Origin: an uncultured Methanosarcinaceae archaeon
GTDB lineage: Archaea; Halobacteriota; Methanosarcinia; Methanosarcinales; Methanosarcinaceae
Reading direction: 5' to 3'
Length of the DNA stretch: 64,000 nt
Assembly: GCA_963847185.1 (NCBI GenBank)
Contig: CAWJYV010000006.1
Location: 1 to 64,000, forward strand
Part shown: piece by piece, positions 1 through 12,193 of the stretch
Layout of the letters: each line of letters begins with the position of its first letter
Position numbering within the stretch: position 1 is the first letter of the stretch
The notes under the pieces: generated by a model
The model's database searches: none
Seen by the model: only the letters and a program-made list of their open reading frames with translations
What the model was told of the DNA's origin: nothing
Made by a program: the position numbers and the translations under genes

Positions 1-756
1 CATATAGCTGGTTTTACCTCCTGCACAAAAGTCCAAAAATCCACGTATGATTGAAAATCGATAGCAGAAAAAATTATGAAATATGATATTTTCCTGCGGA
101 AAGTGGGTTTGATTCTATTTTTTTTACTTTCAGCGGTCCTATTTTTGACTTTTAGTTTTCAAGACCCGCGCTCTCACCGGTCGCAGAGGCGACCGGCTTT
201 TCCAAAAAAGCCATGAGATAGCAACTTGAACCCCGAATAATAAATTTTTGAGACTTTTAGATTTAGGGTAATGGGCATGAGTTATTGAAAAACATAAGCA
301 CAAGAATCTCTCTGCATTTTCCTCAAATTTGGGAGATATACTCGCTTTTTCGGAATTGATCAATAACTCACGGACACGAACAGATTTAGCTTGTAGCTGT
401 TTTATGATTAGCTGCTTTTTGGTTCTTTCTTTTTTCATTCTTTTCCTTTTTGCGGGAAAAACCGCTCTCCTGCGTCGAGCGTGACAAGAACGATTAGGTA
501 TACTTAATACGGTTTTACGGGTTAAAATTTATAATTCTAGATTTCGAGCTAACTGGTTATGATTTAGTTTTTTATAATAGTATTTTAAAATTTCAAGTTT
601 CTGAAACAAATTCTCTTGTAATTTTTATAATATCCTTAGAAAAATTAGGAACTTTGAAATAATATCAATTATTGCTTAAACCTTAAAAAATAAAAAATCA
701 GTTAAGTGAAGCTAAATGAGGTAAATGAAGCTAAATGGAGTTATGGAGTTAAAAAT

Positions 757-1443
757 ATGGATGTAAATGAAATAAATAGTTATGGACAGGAGCTGATCAA
801 ACATCTGAAAATCAGAACGTCTCCCGTTGCAGTAAAACTAATTCCGCAAGGAGGAGAAATTCCAGAAGGGATTAAAAGAGCAGACGAGGATATGACTCAT
901 TGCCAGTTTGTGGATAAAGCGAGAAGAACCCGTGAAGAGTTTTACACTTTAAACGAGAATCAAGTGTGTAAAGTTGGAGCTGGTACAATGGGGCTTGGTG
1001 CAATTCCTGAATATCTGGTTAGTGGGGAGCTCTATTACAAAGAATTTGAACTATTTAGCACACTGGGTGCATCAAGACGGACAGTTGAAATGATCCCTAC
1101 CCTCCCACCTAACTCAACAAAAGCTGTCCTGTATTCTCCCCTGGAAAAGACCTCTTTTGTTCCAGATGTCGTAATGGTCAGCGGTAATCCTAAACAAATG
1201 ATGTTACTTACACAGGCTGCAATGTACCGTACAGGAGGCAGGCTTGAAACTAGCTTCGCAGGAGCACAGAGCGTATGTTCTGATGGTGTTGTGCAGATTT
1301 ATAAAAAAGGAAAAGTAGGAGTTACACTTGGTTGCAGTGGAAGCAGGGCTTACGCGACGCTTATGGATGAAGAAATGATTATGGGAATTCCTATTGAGCT
1401 TCTTGCTAATGTGATTTCCGGCCTCAAACAAATCTGTCCTTAA
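757..1443 (+). CDS. DUF169 family protein
   Basis: ORF 706..1443, likely ATG at 757; SPVAVK, HCQ, C-x2-G, PDVV, QSVC and LGCSGSR motifs typical of DUF169. Confidence 0.85.
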   Translation: MDVNEINSYGQELIKHLKIRTSPVAVKLIPQGGEIPEGIKRADEDMTHCQFVDKARRTREEFYTLNENQVCKVGAGTMGLGAIPEYLVSGELYYKEFELFSTLGASRRTVEMIPTLPPNSTKAVLYSPLEKTSFVPDVVMVSGNPKQMMLLTQAAMYRTGGRLETSFAGAQSVCSDGVVQIYKKGKVGVTLGCSGSRAYATLMDEEMIMGIPIELLANVISGLKQICP

Positions 1444-1598
1444 ATGAAATTAGATTTGAAATAGGTTCTAATTTTTCCATCATTTGTAAGGTCTTTCAAA
1501 ATCAAGAAACTATGAATTTTCAGATAAGGAATTTACTAATTTCAGATCAATAATATGTCCTTCAGTTTGCTGTAGAACTGAATGCAAATAAGGAAAAA

Positions 1599-2231
1599 TC
1601 AGAGAATGTTTAAAGAATCCAGGCCTACTTTAATAAAAGTCAATCCAAATGCAATCTGAGCAAACCCCAAAACACGGATGATGGAAAAATAATACTTGCT
1701 GTTGATAAAAGATTTTGATTTCTCTACAATTAGTGCAACAATCACCTTTGAACCTACAAGCAGGGTATAGAACCCGGCTATGAATAAAATTGTGGCCCAA
1801 ACATGAGTGCTAAAGCTCTTATATATTATTGGCCCGCCTATGGAGAGCCAGAAGACGTATGGGTGCGGGTTCCCGAAGTTAACAATAACTCCTTTTTTAA
1901 GGGCATCTTTTTTTTCTACATTTAATTCAAAGTTGTCCTTTTTGATTCTAAGTGATTCCATCCCTGAATATAGCAGATATGATGCTCCGAAAAATGCAAT
2001 AATTCCGATAACAAAATTGGAGCCTGTCAGGTGTGAAAGAACAAACAGTACAGCTAAAATTATTGGCAAATCTGTAATTAAAGGAGATACTGCAACCTTA
2101 ATCCCTTCCCACTTGCCGTGCCGCAGGGTCTCGGAAATAGTTACAGCCAGCAGTGGGCCCGGCGAAACTCCTGCAGCAAGACCGAGAAATGATCCCATGG
2201 CTAAAAATTCAATAAGATCCAACATCTGCAC
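1599..2231 (-). CDS. LysE family translocator
   Basis: N-terminal SPGP, G..EG, NFGNP motif, about 6 hydrophobic segments. Confidence 0.85.
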   Translation of the reverse strand: MQMLDLIEFLAMGSFLGLAAGVSPGPLLAVTISETLRHGKWEGIKVAVSPLITDLPIILAVLFVLSHLTGSNFVIGIIAFFGASYLLYSGMESLRIKKDNFELNVEKKDALKKGVIVNFGNPHPYVFWLSIGGPIIYKSFSTHVWATILFIAGFYTLLVGSKVIVALIVEKSKSFINSKYYFSIIRVLGFAQIAFGLTFIKVGLDSLNIL

Positions 2232-2409
2232 TGCCTCATTTTCATATGTAAATTAAAGAATCTGCTGTAAATGCCGAGTAAGCTGTTGATTTCTGATACA
2301 GTTAATTAGAAGTTAATTAAACACCTACTAAATGTAGATAGTTATACAACGATGATGTAAAATAAACTCTAATGCTATATATAATCCCTTGATATTATAA
2401 GGGAAAAAT

Positions 2410-2432
2410 TTGGGCCTCAAGCCCATGTTTTT
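2410..2432. terminator. Hairpin flanked by A/T runs downstream of the ABC operon
   Basis: aaaaattTGGGCctcaaGCCCAtgtttttt just past the permease stop. Confidence 0.45.
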
Positions 2433-2449
2433 TGGAAGGAAAGAGACGC

Positions 2450-3202
2450 TTACGCCTCAATCTTCGAAAACATAAATGCTCCGATCATGCAGACAAGGGC
2501 TGAAAGTAGACCTATCGCTGCAAGATCATTATAGATGCCGAAAGTGCTTATTCCGGCAATTGCTCCCCTCAAGCCGTCCACGCCGTAGGTAAGGGGATCG
2601 ATCCTGCTAATGAAATAGATCGCAGGTGGTAGGTTATTAAGGGGAAAAAGAGCTCCTGAAAGGAAGAAGATAGGCATGATCAGGAAATTCATGATTAGCT
2701 GGAAGCCGTGCATATCTTTCATTTTCGAGGCTATGGCAAGGCCAAGCCCTGTAAAGAAAATGGCTATCAGAGACATGAAAATTAATCCCAGCCCAAGATT
2801 AGCAAAACTGGAAATCCTGAATCCAAGCGCAAAAGTCAGACTCAGCACGATCAGGCCCTGGACCATGGCTATAGTTGCACCACCAAGGGTTTTCCCAATC
2901 ATGATTTCTGTTCTTGAGATCGGAGCTACCAGCGTCTCTTTAAGAAAACCAAACTGTCTGTCCCAGATGACTTCCAGGCCTGAAAAAACAGCTGTAAAGA
3001 GAATTGACATGGAGACGATTCCGGGAGCAAGAAAATCTATGTAATTTGCCCCTCCATTGGCACTGGTATACATTGGACCGAATCCGAACCCGAAAGTGAT
3101 CAGGAAGAGGAGAGGTTGCCCGAGAGAACCCAACAGTCTGGCTTTGGAGCGCCAGTAATGTTTGAGCTGTCTTAACCAGAGGATGTAGATTACCTCGATC
3201 AA
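2450..3202 (-). CDS. ABC-2 type exporter permease (DrrB-like)
   Basis: FLAPGI, DRQFGFLKETLVAP, FLSGALFP, PLTYGVDGLR motifs; overlaps the ATPase stop. Confidence 0.9.
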   Translation of the reverse strand: MIEVIYILWLRQLKHYWRSKARLLGSLGQPLLFLITFGFGFGPMYTSANGGANYIDFLAPGIVSMSILFTAVFSGLEVIWDRQFGFLKETLVAPISRTEIMIGKTLGGATIAMVQGLIVLSLTFALGFRISSFANLGLGLIFMSLIAIFFTGLGLAIASKMKDMHGFQLIMNFLIMPIFFLSGALFPLNNLPPAIYFISRIDPLTYGVDGLRGAIAGISTFGIYNDLAAIGLLSALVCMIGAFMFSKIEA

Positions 3203-3999
3203 TGCTTATTCCTCCCTCTCATGCGAATCATTCTCATTTTATTTGCAGGTCCATCGTTCTCATCACGAATATCTCTGCCTGTTAGCTTCAGAAAAGCCTC
3301 TTCTAAGGATTCGGTTTCTGCCCGCCTCTTTATTTCTTCAACTGTGCCGGTTTCTATAATTTTTCCGTGGTCAATGATTGCGATTTTGTCTGCAATAGAC
3401 TCGGCTTCTTCCATATAATGGGTTGTCAGGAAAATCGTCATTTTTCTTTCTTCATTTAAGTTTTTGATATGATTCCAGATTGAATTTCGGGTCTGGGGGT
3501 CCAGACCAACTGTAGGCTCGTCGAGAAAAAGAATTTTAGGGTAATGGACAAGTGACCGGGCAATCTCAAGTCTGCGCTTCATACCGCCTGAATACTTTTT
3601 TACGTAATCTTCCCGTCTGTCCCAGAGACCGACAATTTCCAGGGCTTTTCGGATTCTTTCTTCTCTTTCTTTTTTAGGTACTTTATAGATGACTGCATGG
3701 TAGACGACGTTCTCGTAAGCTGTTAGTTCGTCATCAAGACTGTGATCCTGAAAGACTATTCCAAAAGATGCACGAGCTTTGTCCTGTTCTTTAAGCACAT
3801 TGAAACCATTGATGCTTATTTCACCTGACGTGGGTTTCAGGACAGTTGTAAGCATTTTAATAGTTGTTGATTTACCTGCACCATTCGGACCTAAAAAAGC
3901 AAAAATTGAACCTGTTTCAACGTCGAAACTGATGTTTTTTACAGCGGTAAACTCATCGAATTTTTTTGTAAGCGATTTAACTGAGAGTATGTTTTGCAT
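3199..3999 (-). CDS. ABC exporter ATP-binding subunit (DrrA-like)
   Basis: Walker A GPNGAGKST, signature YSGGMKRR, Walker B LFLDEPT, TTHY switch. Confidence 0.95.
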   Translation of the reverse strand: MQNILSVKSLTKKFDEFTAVKNISFDVETGSIFAFLGPNGAGKSTTIKMLTTVLKPTSGEISINGFNVLKEQDKARASFGIVFQDHSLDDELTAYENVVYHAVIYKVPKKEREERIRKALEIVGLWDRREDYVKKYSGGMKRRLEIARSLVHYPKILFLDEPTVGLDPQTRNSIWNHIKNLNEERKMTIFLTTHYMEEAESIADKIAIIDHGKIIETGTVEEIKRRAETESLEEAFLKLTGRDIRDENDGPANKMRMIRMRGRNKH

Positions 4000-4790
4000 G
4001 AGAAAACCTGATGTGTTTTTATGGAAAGATTGAGTTAAATAGAGTTTTCAAATGGAGTTTTCTTTTAAAAAATCTGAAATGTGAAATTTCAGAAAAACTT
4101 CCACAAAATATGGAAGGAGGAAGATTTGTTTAATTACATTGTCTGATTGAGAAAATAGATAGCTTTCCTGTGGCTTCTGGGATAGCATGAGTATTCATGT
4201 CAGGGGTCCTGCAAATTGGACGTGGATATCAGCTCAAAATATTTTTCATGAGAATTTTGCTTAATTATTTGTTTGATTTTATATGGTTTGATTTCTAACT
4301 AGAGGGATTGATAGTATTTAAATTATTTGGATCTTCATTTAAATGAGTTAATGTATCCTTACTCAAGCAAGATGAGTTAACAGATCCTCTAATGCAATAA
4401 TAAGTATAAAACAAAACAGATTCCAGTCAATGAAAATTTTCAACATCTTCAATTAACTTTCTTTTTTTACAGTCAAGGAAAGAATTTAAATCTTTGAGGA
4501 AATGTTTTATTGGAAAAAGAAAGAGGTTCTTTTTAGTTTTGAAGGAAGAGGAGCTATAAATATCGGATGTTTATTTAGAATGACTCAAACTGCCAGTATC
4601 CGAATTTTTTAATATGTTAATGTTTGCAATTTTTATTTGGAGGCTTATTAAGATTCATTAATTTACTGGCTAATTTATAAAAGTTCATTTAGCCTGAACT
4701 TAATTATATACTATCTGATTTATTTATTATTTAGTTTGGAGTTATTTAATTTATTATCATTCAATCTCTAAGATGAAGGCGGAGTAGGAT

Positions 4791-5675
4791 ATGAAAAGAA
4801 AGTGGGAACGGGATTTAGGACTTCAAGGACGTATGCTTTTCACAATGTTTCTTCTGGCAATAGTTTACCTCTTTTTCCTGGCAATTCTTACGCACTATGG
4901 AGCTCCTCCGATTTTCATGCTTTTATTTGTCGGATTTTTCATGGGCATCCAGTACTTTTATTCAGACAAAATGGTACTCTGGACAACAGGGGCGCATATT
5001 GTTTCTGAGAGTGAAGCCCCTCAACTGCATGGGATGATCACCAGACTCTGTGCAATAGCTGATCTTCCGAAGCCTCAGGTGGCAATTGTCAGGACAGAAG
5101 TACCAAACGCTTTTGCAACAGGCAGGAGCCCTAATAAAGCAGTTGTTGCGGTTACTACAGGAATTCTGAATAAACTTTCTCCAGCCGAACTTGAGGCGGT
5201 ACTTGCTCATGAGCTGAGCCACGTCAAAAACAGGGATATGGCTGTACTTACAATTGCCAGTTTCATCTCAACAGTGGCTTTTTACTTTATGCGCTACGGC
5301 CTTTACTTCGGGAACATGGGAGGAGACAGAAGAAAGGATGGAGGAAGCTTTGTACTCGTATGGTTAGTTTCCATTGCAGTTTGGGTTGTCAGTTTTCTCC
5401 TGATCCGTGCCCTTTCACGCTACAGGGAATTTGCTGCGGACAGGGGCTCGGCTATAATTACCGGGCAGCCTTCTGCCCTCGCATCTGCACTTATGAAAAT
5501 AAGCGGGCTTATGGACAGGGTTCCAGGGGAGGACCTCCGAAAAGTAGAGGGAATGAATGCTTTTTACATTATTCCTGCAATTTCAGGTTCTTCTATTATG
5601 GACATTTTTTCCACCCATCCGTCTGTTGAAAAAAGAATCGCCAAACTTGAAAAAATGCAGCAAGAAATGAGTTAA
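4791..5675 (+). CDS. htpX: Zinc metalloprotease HtpX (M48)
   Basis: PNAFATG, HELSH, SRYREFAAD, STHP motifs; ggag RBS. Confidence 0.93.
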   Translation: MKRKWERDLGLQGRMLFTMFLLAIVYLFFLAILTHYGAPPIFMLLFVGFFMGIQYFYSDKMVLWTTGAHIVSESEAPQLHGMITRLCAIADLPKPQVAIVRTEVPNAFATGRSPNKAVVAVTTGILNKLSPAELEAVLAHELSHVKNRDMAVLTIASFISTVAFYFMRYGLYFGNMGGDRRKDGGSFVLVWLVSIAVWVVSFLLIRALSRYREFAADRGSAIITGQPSALASALMKISGLMDRVPGEDLRKVEGMNAFYIIPAISGSSIMDIFSTHPSVEKRIAKLEKMQQEMS

Positions 5676-5788
5676 AATTTGAAATGAATTAAAAACTGAG
5701 TAAATAAAGGTTAAGGTAAATTAAAGGTAATGTATAATTAAAGGCAAGTATAAATTAAAAACGAAATAGTTGAGGAGATAGGTTAAAA

Positions 5789-6403
5789 ATGGGTTTCCGG
5801 AATTTTATTGATGCAGTTCTTGGAAGGGGCAGGCTTCCAAAGGCAAAAAGTGACAAGCTCTTTGCAATCTCCACAGCCAGTATAACTCTTGAAGCTAATC
5901 TGGGATTGAAGCCTTCAGGATCCGCAGGGATCTGTTTTAAACCGATTGGTGCTTCAGCTTATGAATCCACCAGAAAAGAAATTCAGGAGCTTCTGGAGTA
6001 TAGTTCCAAGGAAACGGAAACCGAATTCAGGCTGGAAAAAGATGAATACAACTTCCTCTGGGCAATTTTTAAAGACCCTGACTTTGAAGATCTCGTCGCA
6101 AGCATTCACCTTGTAAGCCAGACTCTTGAAGAACGCGGTTTTGGGGAGCAGATCCTCTGTGCCATTTACCGTTTTGACAGCGAGCAGGAAGCCGGAAAAA
6201 CAGGATTTGAAGGAAAATCCGAAAGGAAATCAGTTTACTGGATATATAACTTCAAGCAGGGAGCATATTATCCTTTTATCCCCCTTTCAAACAGCCAGAG
6301 AGACAACTCCTTCGAATTTAGACTCAGGGCAGATATGGAGATGGAAATGCCTATCGAAAAGAACGTGGAAAAATGGTATCCCCTCTGGGGAATTCCATTT
6401 TGA
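5789..6403 (+). CDS. PspAB-like conserved protein (usual htpX neighbour)
   Basis: LFAISTA, YWIYNFKQGAYYPF, WYPLWGIP; gaggag RBS; follows htpX. Confidence 0.7.
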   Translation: MGFRNFIDAVLGRGRLPKAKSDKLFAISTASITLEANLGLKPSGSAGICFKPIGASAYESTRKEIQELLEYSSKETETEFRLEKDEYNFLWAIFKDPDFEDLVASIHLVSQTLEERGFGEQILCAIYRFDSEQEAGKTGFEGKSERKSVYWIYNFKQGAYYPFIPLSNSQRDNSFEFRLRADMEMEMPIEKNVEKWYPLWGIPF

Positions 6404-6509
6404 AAACTGTCGAACCTGAGATTTCTTTTTTTTCATGCCTGAAATTTCAATCATTTTTCATTTTGAGGCTTGAGTCTTATAGTAATTTATTTGCCCCTGA
6501 TAATATAAA

Positions 6510-7631
6510 TAATCTTTCTCTTCCATTAATTATGGAACTTTTCAAGAGTTCTATTGCTTCTTCCTCACTAAGCTCTTCGAGCTTAGTCTTAAAAGAGTAA
6601 TCAATTTCAATTAACTCATTATTGATTCTGAATTTTTTAGGAAGCTTTTTGTTTTTTGCTATTATTTCCTGTATCTCTTTTGCTTCCTTTAACTTTTTAA
6701 GAATAGTTCTTGCTTTAGCTTCCAGTTGCTTCTCTTGTAATGATTTTGAGAAATAGAAATACTTGATGCTATTTGGCTTAACGATTTTTATCCCATAAAT
6801 ACTTTTTTCGGGATCTATTAACTGCGCTAATTTTAAATCAAAATTCTCAATGATTTTATCATCGCTTGAATTCAGTTTCATGGAAGTAAGATACGTCATC
6901 TCATCTTCCTGTATTAGCTTAATGTTGTCAACAGTATTAGCGCCTTTATCAAAAACAATAAGAGATTCTTTTTTTAATTTATTTTTTACCTGGCTATAAG
7001 TCTCAGGAAAATGTTGCAGATCAAGAACGTTTCCTCTATTTACTGTAATTCCAATAGGAATATTAATTGGTTTTTTGAGTTCACTGATTCCAACTGTTAT
7101 TTGCAGCTTATCAGGTCTATAATCTCTGCTATATCCATGCTTTCCAAGATTAGATTTTGTTCCGTAAAGAGTTATACTAGTCCAGTCAAGGTTTATGTCT
7201 GTCTCTTCAAAATCATAAACAGAAAAAAGATTATCTAATATTTCCGAGAGAATTCTCTCCTTATTACGTCCTATGATCTCAAGAGTTCTATAAAGCACTT
7301 TTTCATGGAAACTCTCGAGATTCAAAATCTCGAGAATTTCTTTCTGATTTAACCATTTACCAGCTTCTTTTATGCTGAAATTCTCGGTGAGCTTATAGCT
7401 TACCAAGCCGATTATTAAACTATTAAGATCTAAACCTCTACTTTTGTGTTTGCTAAAAATGTCAAAAAAATTAAGTTTTTCATAAAAGTATTGAACAGTA
7501 AGCATCGATCCAATAGGAACACATATATTCTTGTTAGGTATTGTAGGAAATGCTCTTATTTTTGTTAGTATATTCATCAAACCATTAACGAAAATAAGAG
7601 TACTTATTTTTATATTAATGTCAAACTAAGG
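6510..7631 (-). mobile_element. IS1634-family element, left end present, transposase (ORF 6477..7580) 3'-truncated
   Basis: DWTS...GYSRD.RPD..Q and VFDKG DDE motifs; end sequence CCTTAGTTTGAC at 7620-7631; similarity to the second copy stops near 6516. Confidence 0.85.
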
Positions 7632-7941
7632 TTATATTCTTTCTTTTTAATCATTAGGCCTGTATTAACCTCTCTTTGAATCTTTAAACATATATCCGAC
7701 TATTCCTCAATTTTCGATTTAGTTCAATTTTAAATTCTTATTTCCAATTAGATTAATATGCAATTATATAATCATTCTGGAAAACAAATTTTTTAATGAT
7801 ACTATAAAAAGATATCAGTTATTTAAAAAACAAATGAGTTGTCAAAGCCTGTTTTTGAAAATATTTTATTTAAACGTCTACCAAGTTAAATTCATAATGA
7901 TTCAGGCAATATTTACATATAAATGAAGAACCATTTAGTTT

Positions 7942-8499
7942 TTGATGCTTCTCTTTGGACATCTAGGAATTACACTGGGGATATTTTTTGGACTTGGGAT
8001 TTTTGTACCAAGATTAAGGACTATCATAGACCCCCGGTATCTGGCGATTGGAGCCCTCCTGCCTGATTTAATAGACAAACCACTTGGCAGAGTTATCTTT
8101 GCTTCTACTCTTGAAAACGGGCGTATTATAGGTCACACCCTGCTATTTTCTTTTCTTGTCTTCTTAATAGGTTTATATTTTTACGATAAGAGCAAAAATG
8201 GAATGGGCCTTGCCCTTGCTTCGGGCTCTTTTTTTCATCTTTTTGAGGATCAGATGTGGGCACAACCTCAATCATTCTTCTGGCCTCTTTTAGGATTAAG
8301 TTTTCCCAAAGATTCAACGGATTATACTGGAATGGAGTATTTTTTAGTAATGCTCGAAAGATCTATTGAGCCTGCATTCTTACAAAGTCACATAACTGAA
8401 ATAATGGGAATGGTAGTAATGGTTGTTTTGACATTATTCTGGTTAAAAGAAAGATCAAATGAGAAGAACTCTGATGATATAAATGAACCTCAAGAATAA
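7942..8499 (+). CDS. Membrane metal-dependent hydrolase (YdjM-like)
   Basis: GH, LLPDLID, GHTL, HLFED and WPL motifs. Confidence 0.8.
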   Translation: MMLLFGHLGITLGIFFGLGIFVPRLRTIIDPRYLAIGALLPDLIDKPLGRVIFASTLENGRIIGHTLLFSFLVFLIGLYFYDKSKNGMGLALASGSFFHLFEDQMWAQPQSFFWPLLGLSFPKDSTDYTGMEYFLVMLERSIEPAFLQSHITEIMGMVVMVVLTLFWLKERSNEKNSDDINEPQE

Positions 8500-9010
8500 T
8501 CTCAAAATAACCAAAAATAGCTACAACTAGCCAAAAATAACCTTAAATAATCTAAAATGGCATAAAAAGCCTAAAATAGCATTATAATAAAAAAATACCA
8601 GTCAAGCGGCTTAGAACGTTAGAATAGCTTTTATAATGAAATATCCGCATATTATGAAGCTTATTGTGTATAATCCGGCCATTAAAGTATCTGGTTTTTC
8701 GTAGTTTCTCTTCATTTTTCCTCTTTTTTATCTATTTTTTCTGCCTTAGCATATTTCTTTACTCTCAGTATTCTTTTTTATTTTTGCTTTGTTATTCTGG
8801 ATATTATACCTTTGAATATGCCCGGTTATATAAATATTAGGCCTTTTGTGGGTATGCTGGACAAATTATGAATTTTATAGATATACTGGATCTATTATGT
8901 ATCAGTGATTCTACATTTATTTTTTATTGTCAGTCTCATACTTGGACACAAGAAAAAAGAAGTAATCAAGAACATACATATGGACATGCTTATGAATGTG
9001 CACATACCTT

Positions 9011-9127
9011 TAGGACTTACGTAGTTGAACTGAAAAACAAAAACGGAAAACACTTAACTGTATAAATCAAAATTCTATCTACAAGGTTGCGTGTGCTTGA
9101 TTTCAGCCCTCAAGTGCGTAAGTCCTA
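9011..9127. mobile_element. MITE-like element, family B (~117 bp)
   Basis: Terminal inverted repeats TAGGACTTACG...CGTAAGTCCTA; related copy at 49736-49853. Confidence 0.7.
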
Positions 9128-9498
9128 ACCTTTTTGCGAATTGATTTTTAAGGCTCTTCGATGTTTTGAGTGGGTAACTTACATTTAGCTCCTAATGTTG
9201 AAGTAGCATGTCTAAATTGTAAGCAATGAATAGTTCTTTTGATTTTTTGTTAACAGTTATTTTTCCTTTCACCATTGAAACCCTCTGAAACGAACTGAAA
9301 AAAAGAATACTAGTGAATGGATTCCAAAATAGAGTGATATTCAGGAGTTAATTGCGGTTCCGAACACAAATATCGAATTTAGATACATTTGAGGTTAGAT
9401 AAACGGAGATGAACATTCGGGCACGGAAAATTGCTCAATATTTTATAACCACAGTAAAAGTGGAAAGCGCTGAAAAACTGTGCCCATAAGTTAGTCCT

Positions 9499-9610
9499 CT
9501 TGAGCTCAGCGAAAAGGACTGCGGGCTGTTGCGATTATATCGAAACTCCCAGAAAATCTCCGATTTCCTGTGATCCCGAATCTCAATTCGGGATGGAAAG
9601 GGCGGAAGAA
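9499..9610 (+). repeat. Dispersed intergenic repeat, family D
   Basis: ttgagc..agcgaaaaggac.gcg...actcc.agaaa.t.t.cgatttcc.gtga.cccgaa; inverted copy at about 52990-53090. Confidence 0.6.
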
Positions 9611-11080
9611 CTTATGCCTTTTCTCTCTTATTTCACTTTTCCGCTCTCTTCGAGGCTTCTTTTGAGTAATCTACACATACTTTCGTATCTTAATTCAAAA
9701 TTTAATATCTAAGATACTTTGGAATCGATGCGCTAGTAATCCTTGTGTAGTCTATTAATGTGTATTAATGTGTATTCGTGTTCCTACCTCTTTTTTGAGG
9801 ATGAATCACGCAGTCATAGATTTCTCTAACTGCAAAGCCCTTTAATTATCCTTATTGATTCATGAAGCTCTTGGATGGGCTTTGTCTCCACAGCTCGACT
9901 TAAATTTGTGCCTTAACTGCTGGCATCCGGTTCACTTCAAAAGCCGGTTTAATCTTCTCTTTTTTCTCCACTTGAGTATTCTCTTTGCAATCCAATAAAA
10001 TACAATCATCTTAAGGATATAAAGAGATATTAAAAACAATATCATGTAGCACTCTTTTTTTTATTGAGTATAGGATCACCTACTTCACCCGCTCTCATCA
10101 ATATATTTGCAGTCAACGTTTTCACATAGAGCATAATCATTGCGAGATTTTTCATGCTGAAAAATTTATAGTACCCTTAAAAGCCTCTGTGCCGATTTTT
10201 TTATTTATACCTGTTTCCTTACACGGCACATATTAAGCTTCCTATTCAAACCTCTATCTGGTTCCCAATCCTAATTAGAACAATCAAGATCTGATTCTAT
10301 TAATCAGTTCAAGCCCTGAATAATTCTTCTTAATCCTCATGATAGTTGGATAAAACAATTTCAGGAGAAATATATTTTAATTTTCGTATATTTGACGAGA
10401 AAAAAATAGAAATTAATTTAAATCTTGAAATTCTTAAAATAAAAGAAAGTTTCAGATCAAGAATTAATATACTAATCAATTTTCCTATGTAACTCAAAAA
10501 AGGGCTCTTCGCTGTTTTGTGTGGGTTGAAAATTATTTTCCAGTTGAAAAGTGTCCGTACCAAACAGATAAACATCGATTCTGAATATGATTTTCCATAG
10601 TAAATGTTTCTATATATTGAATATGTTGAACTTACTTTTAGAAAGTCTATAAATTCCCCACTCGAAATAGTGAAGAGCCCAAAAAAGTAATACACTCAAG
10701 AAGCTTGTACTCCCGGACATTTACGCATGAAATTATATCGTTGAAATTAAAACAAAAGATTTATATTTTTATATTTTTATCTTCGTGCTTGAGGTAATAG
10801 TCTAAGATAAGAAAACCCTAATGAATATTAAGTCTTAAATAGGTGTTAATTATGTCCGTTTACTTTATTTATGGCTTAACTCGTGGATATTTCAAGGACA
10901 TAACAGATTCAGTCCAAAAGCTTGCTGAATCGACGTCGAATTGTCATCTGTTGGCATTACAAAAGGAGTCCATTCTCTATTGGAATCTTTTTCGGTTAAT
11001 CGAGAAAGTTTAAGAAAATTTTTTATTAATGTTTGAGACCTGGGTTATTCGGAACTACTGTAAAGGGGAAGTTATAGCTT

Positions 11081-12193
11081 ATGAGATATATGTTTAAATT
11101 CTGCAATTTGCCTGACGACGAATCAACGGTAAAAATAGTCAACGAAGCTGCAAATCGTCTGTATTATAAACTTAAAGAGCTCGATATACAAGCCCTAGAT
11201 ATTTCGGATTATAACAAAAGATACTTTGGTTCCTTAGTAAGGGACTTACATTCTAATTTACAAAAATACGCATATATATTAGTATGGTCAATCACAAAAA
11301 TGGATATACCCTTAAATAAGTTCGTTTTTTTGGATTATGGAGGAGGTTCCGGCATGTTATCCCTCCTCGCAAAAGAATGCAATATTGGAACAGTTATTTA
11401 CAATGATATTTATGATGTCTCTGCTAGAGATGCAGAAACAATAGGAAAGTCCATTGGAAACCAGGCTGATTATTACATTCCAGGAGACATTGATGAAGTA
11501 ATCGATTTTTTAAAGAAAAAATCGATTAGTTGCAATGCAGTAGCCAATTATGATGTCATAGAACATATCTATGACATAGAAGGATTCCTCAGGAAAATGT
11601 CTTCGATTTCAAATAGTAATTTAAGAGTATTTTTCTCCTCAGGTGCAAATCCCCATAACCCTTTCATCAAGAGAAAGCTTATGAAAAACCATCATAGATG
11701 CGAACTTATAGATCGAGAAAAAGTTGTTGGCAGGAAAGAAAGGGATCCTTTAGAATCATATTCAGGAATAAGGAGAGAAATAATAAAAAGTTTAAATCCG
11801 GATTTCTCTGATGAACAGGTCGAGTATTTATCCTTAGCTACCAGAGGGATGATTGAATATGACATTAAAAAGGCAGTAAATGAATATTTAACTAGTGGAA
11901 CTATTTCTTTAAAACAAAAATATCCTAAATATCCCACAAATACCTGTGATCCTTACACAGGGAACTGGGCAGAGCATTTGATGGATGTATATCAACTAAG
12001 AAATGTGTTACAGAGCGAAAATTTCCAAGCTGATATCTGGTGTGGGTATTATGGCGACTCAAATACTTCATTAAAGCGTCTGGCAGCTCGATCTTTAAAT
12101 TTGTTAATTAAAGCCTCGGGAAGAAGACATGGATTAGTTTTTTCTCCTTTCTTTACGCTTCGTGGAGACAAATTGCCATCATCACCTGATTAA
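11081..12193 (+). CDS. Class I SAM-dependent methyltransferase-like protein
   Basis: FLDYGGGSG motif I, YND motif II, DVIEHI motif. Confidence 0.75.
   Translation: MRYMFKFCNLPDDESTVKIVNEAANRLYYKLKELDIQALDISDYNKRYFGSLVRDLHSNLQKYAYILVWSITKMDIPLNKFVFLDYGGGSGMLSLLAKECNIGTVIYNDIYDVSARDAETIGKSIGNQADYYIPGDIDEVIDFLKKKSISCNAVANYDVIEHIYDIEGFLRKMSSISNSNLRVFFSSGANPHNPFIKRKLMKNHHRCELIDREKVVGRKERDPLESYSGIRREIIKSLNPDFSDEQVEYLSLATRGMIEYDIKKAVNEYLTSGTISLKQKYPKYPTNTCDPYTGNWAEHLMDVYQLRNVLQSENFQADIWCGYYGDSNTSLKRLAARSLNLLIKASGRRHGLVFSPFFTLRGDKLPSSPD

Noticed and set aside
139-480. 99-aa ORF and hairpin CCGGTCGC-aga-GGCGACCGG
   Set aside because: The ORF has no recognisable motif; the region looks like intergenic repeat DNA but has no second copy in this window to support a call.
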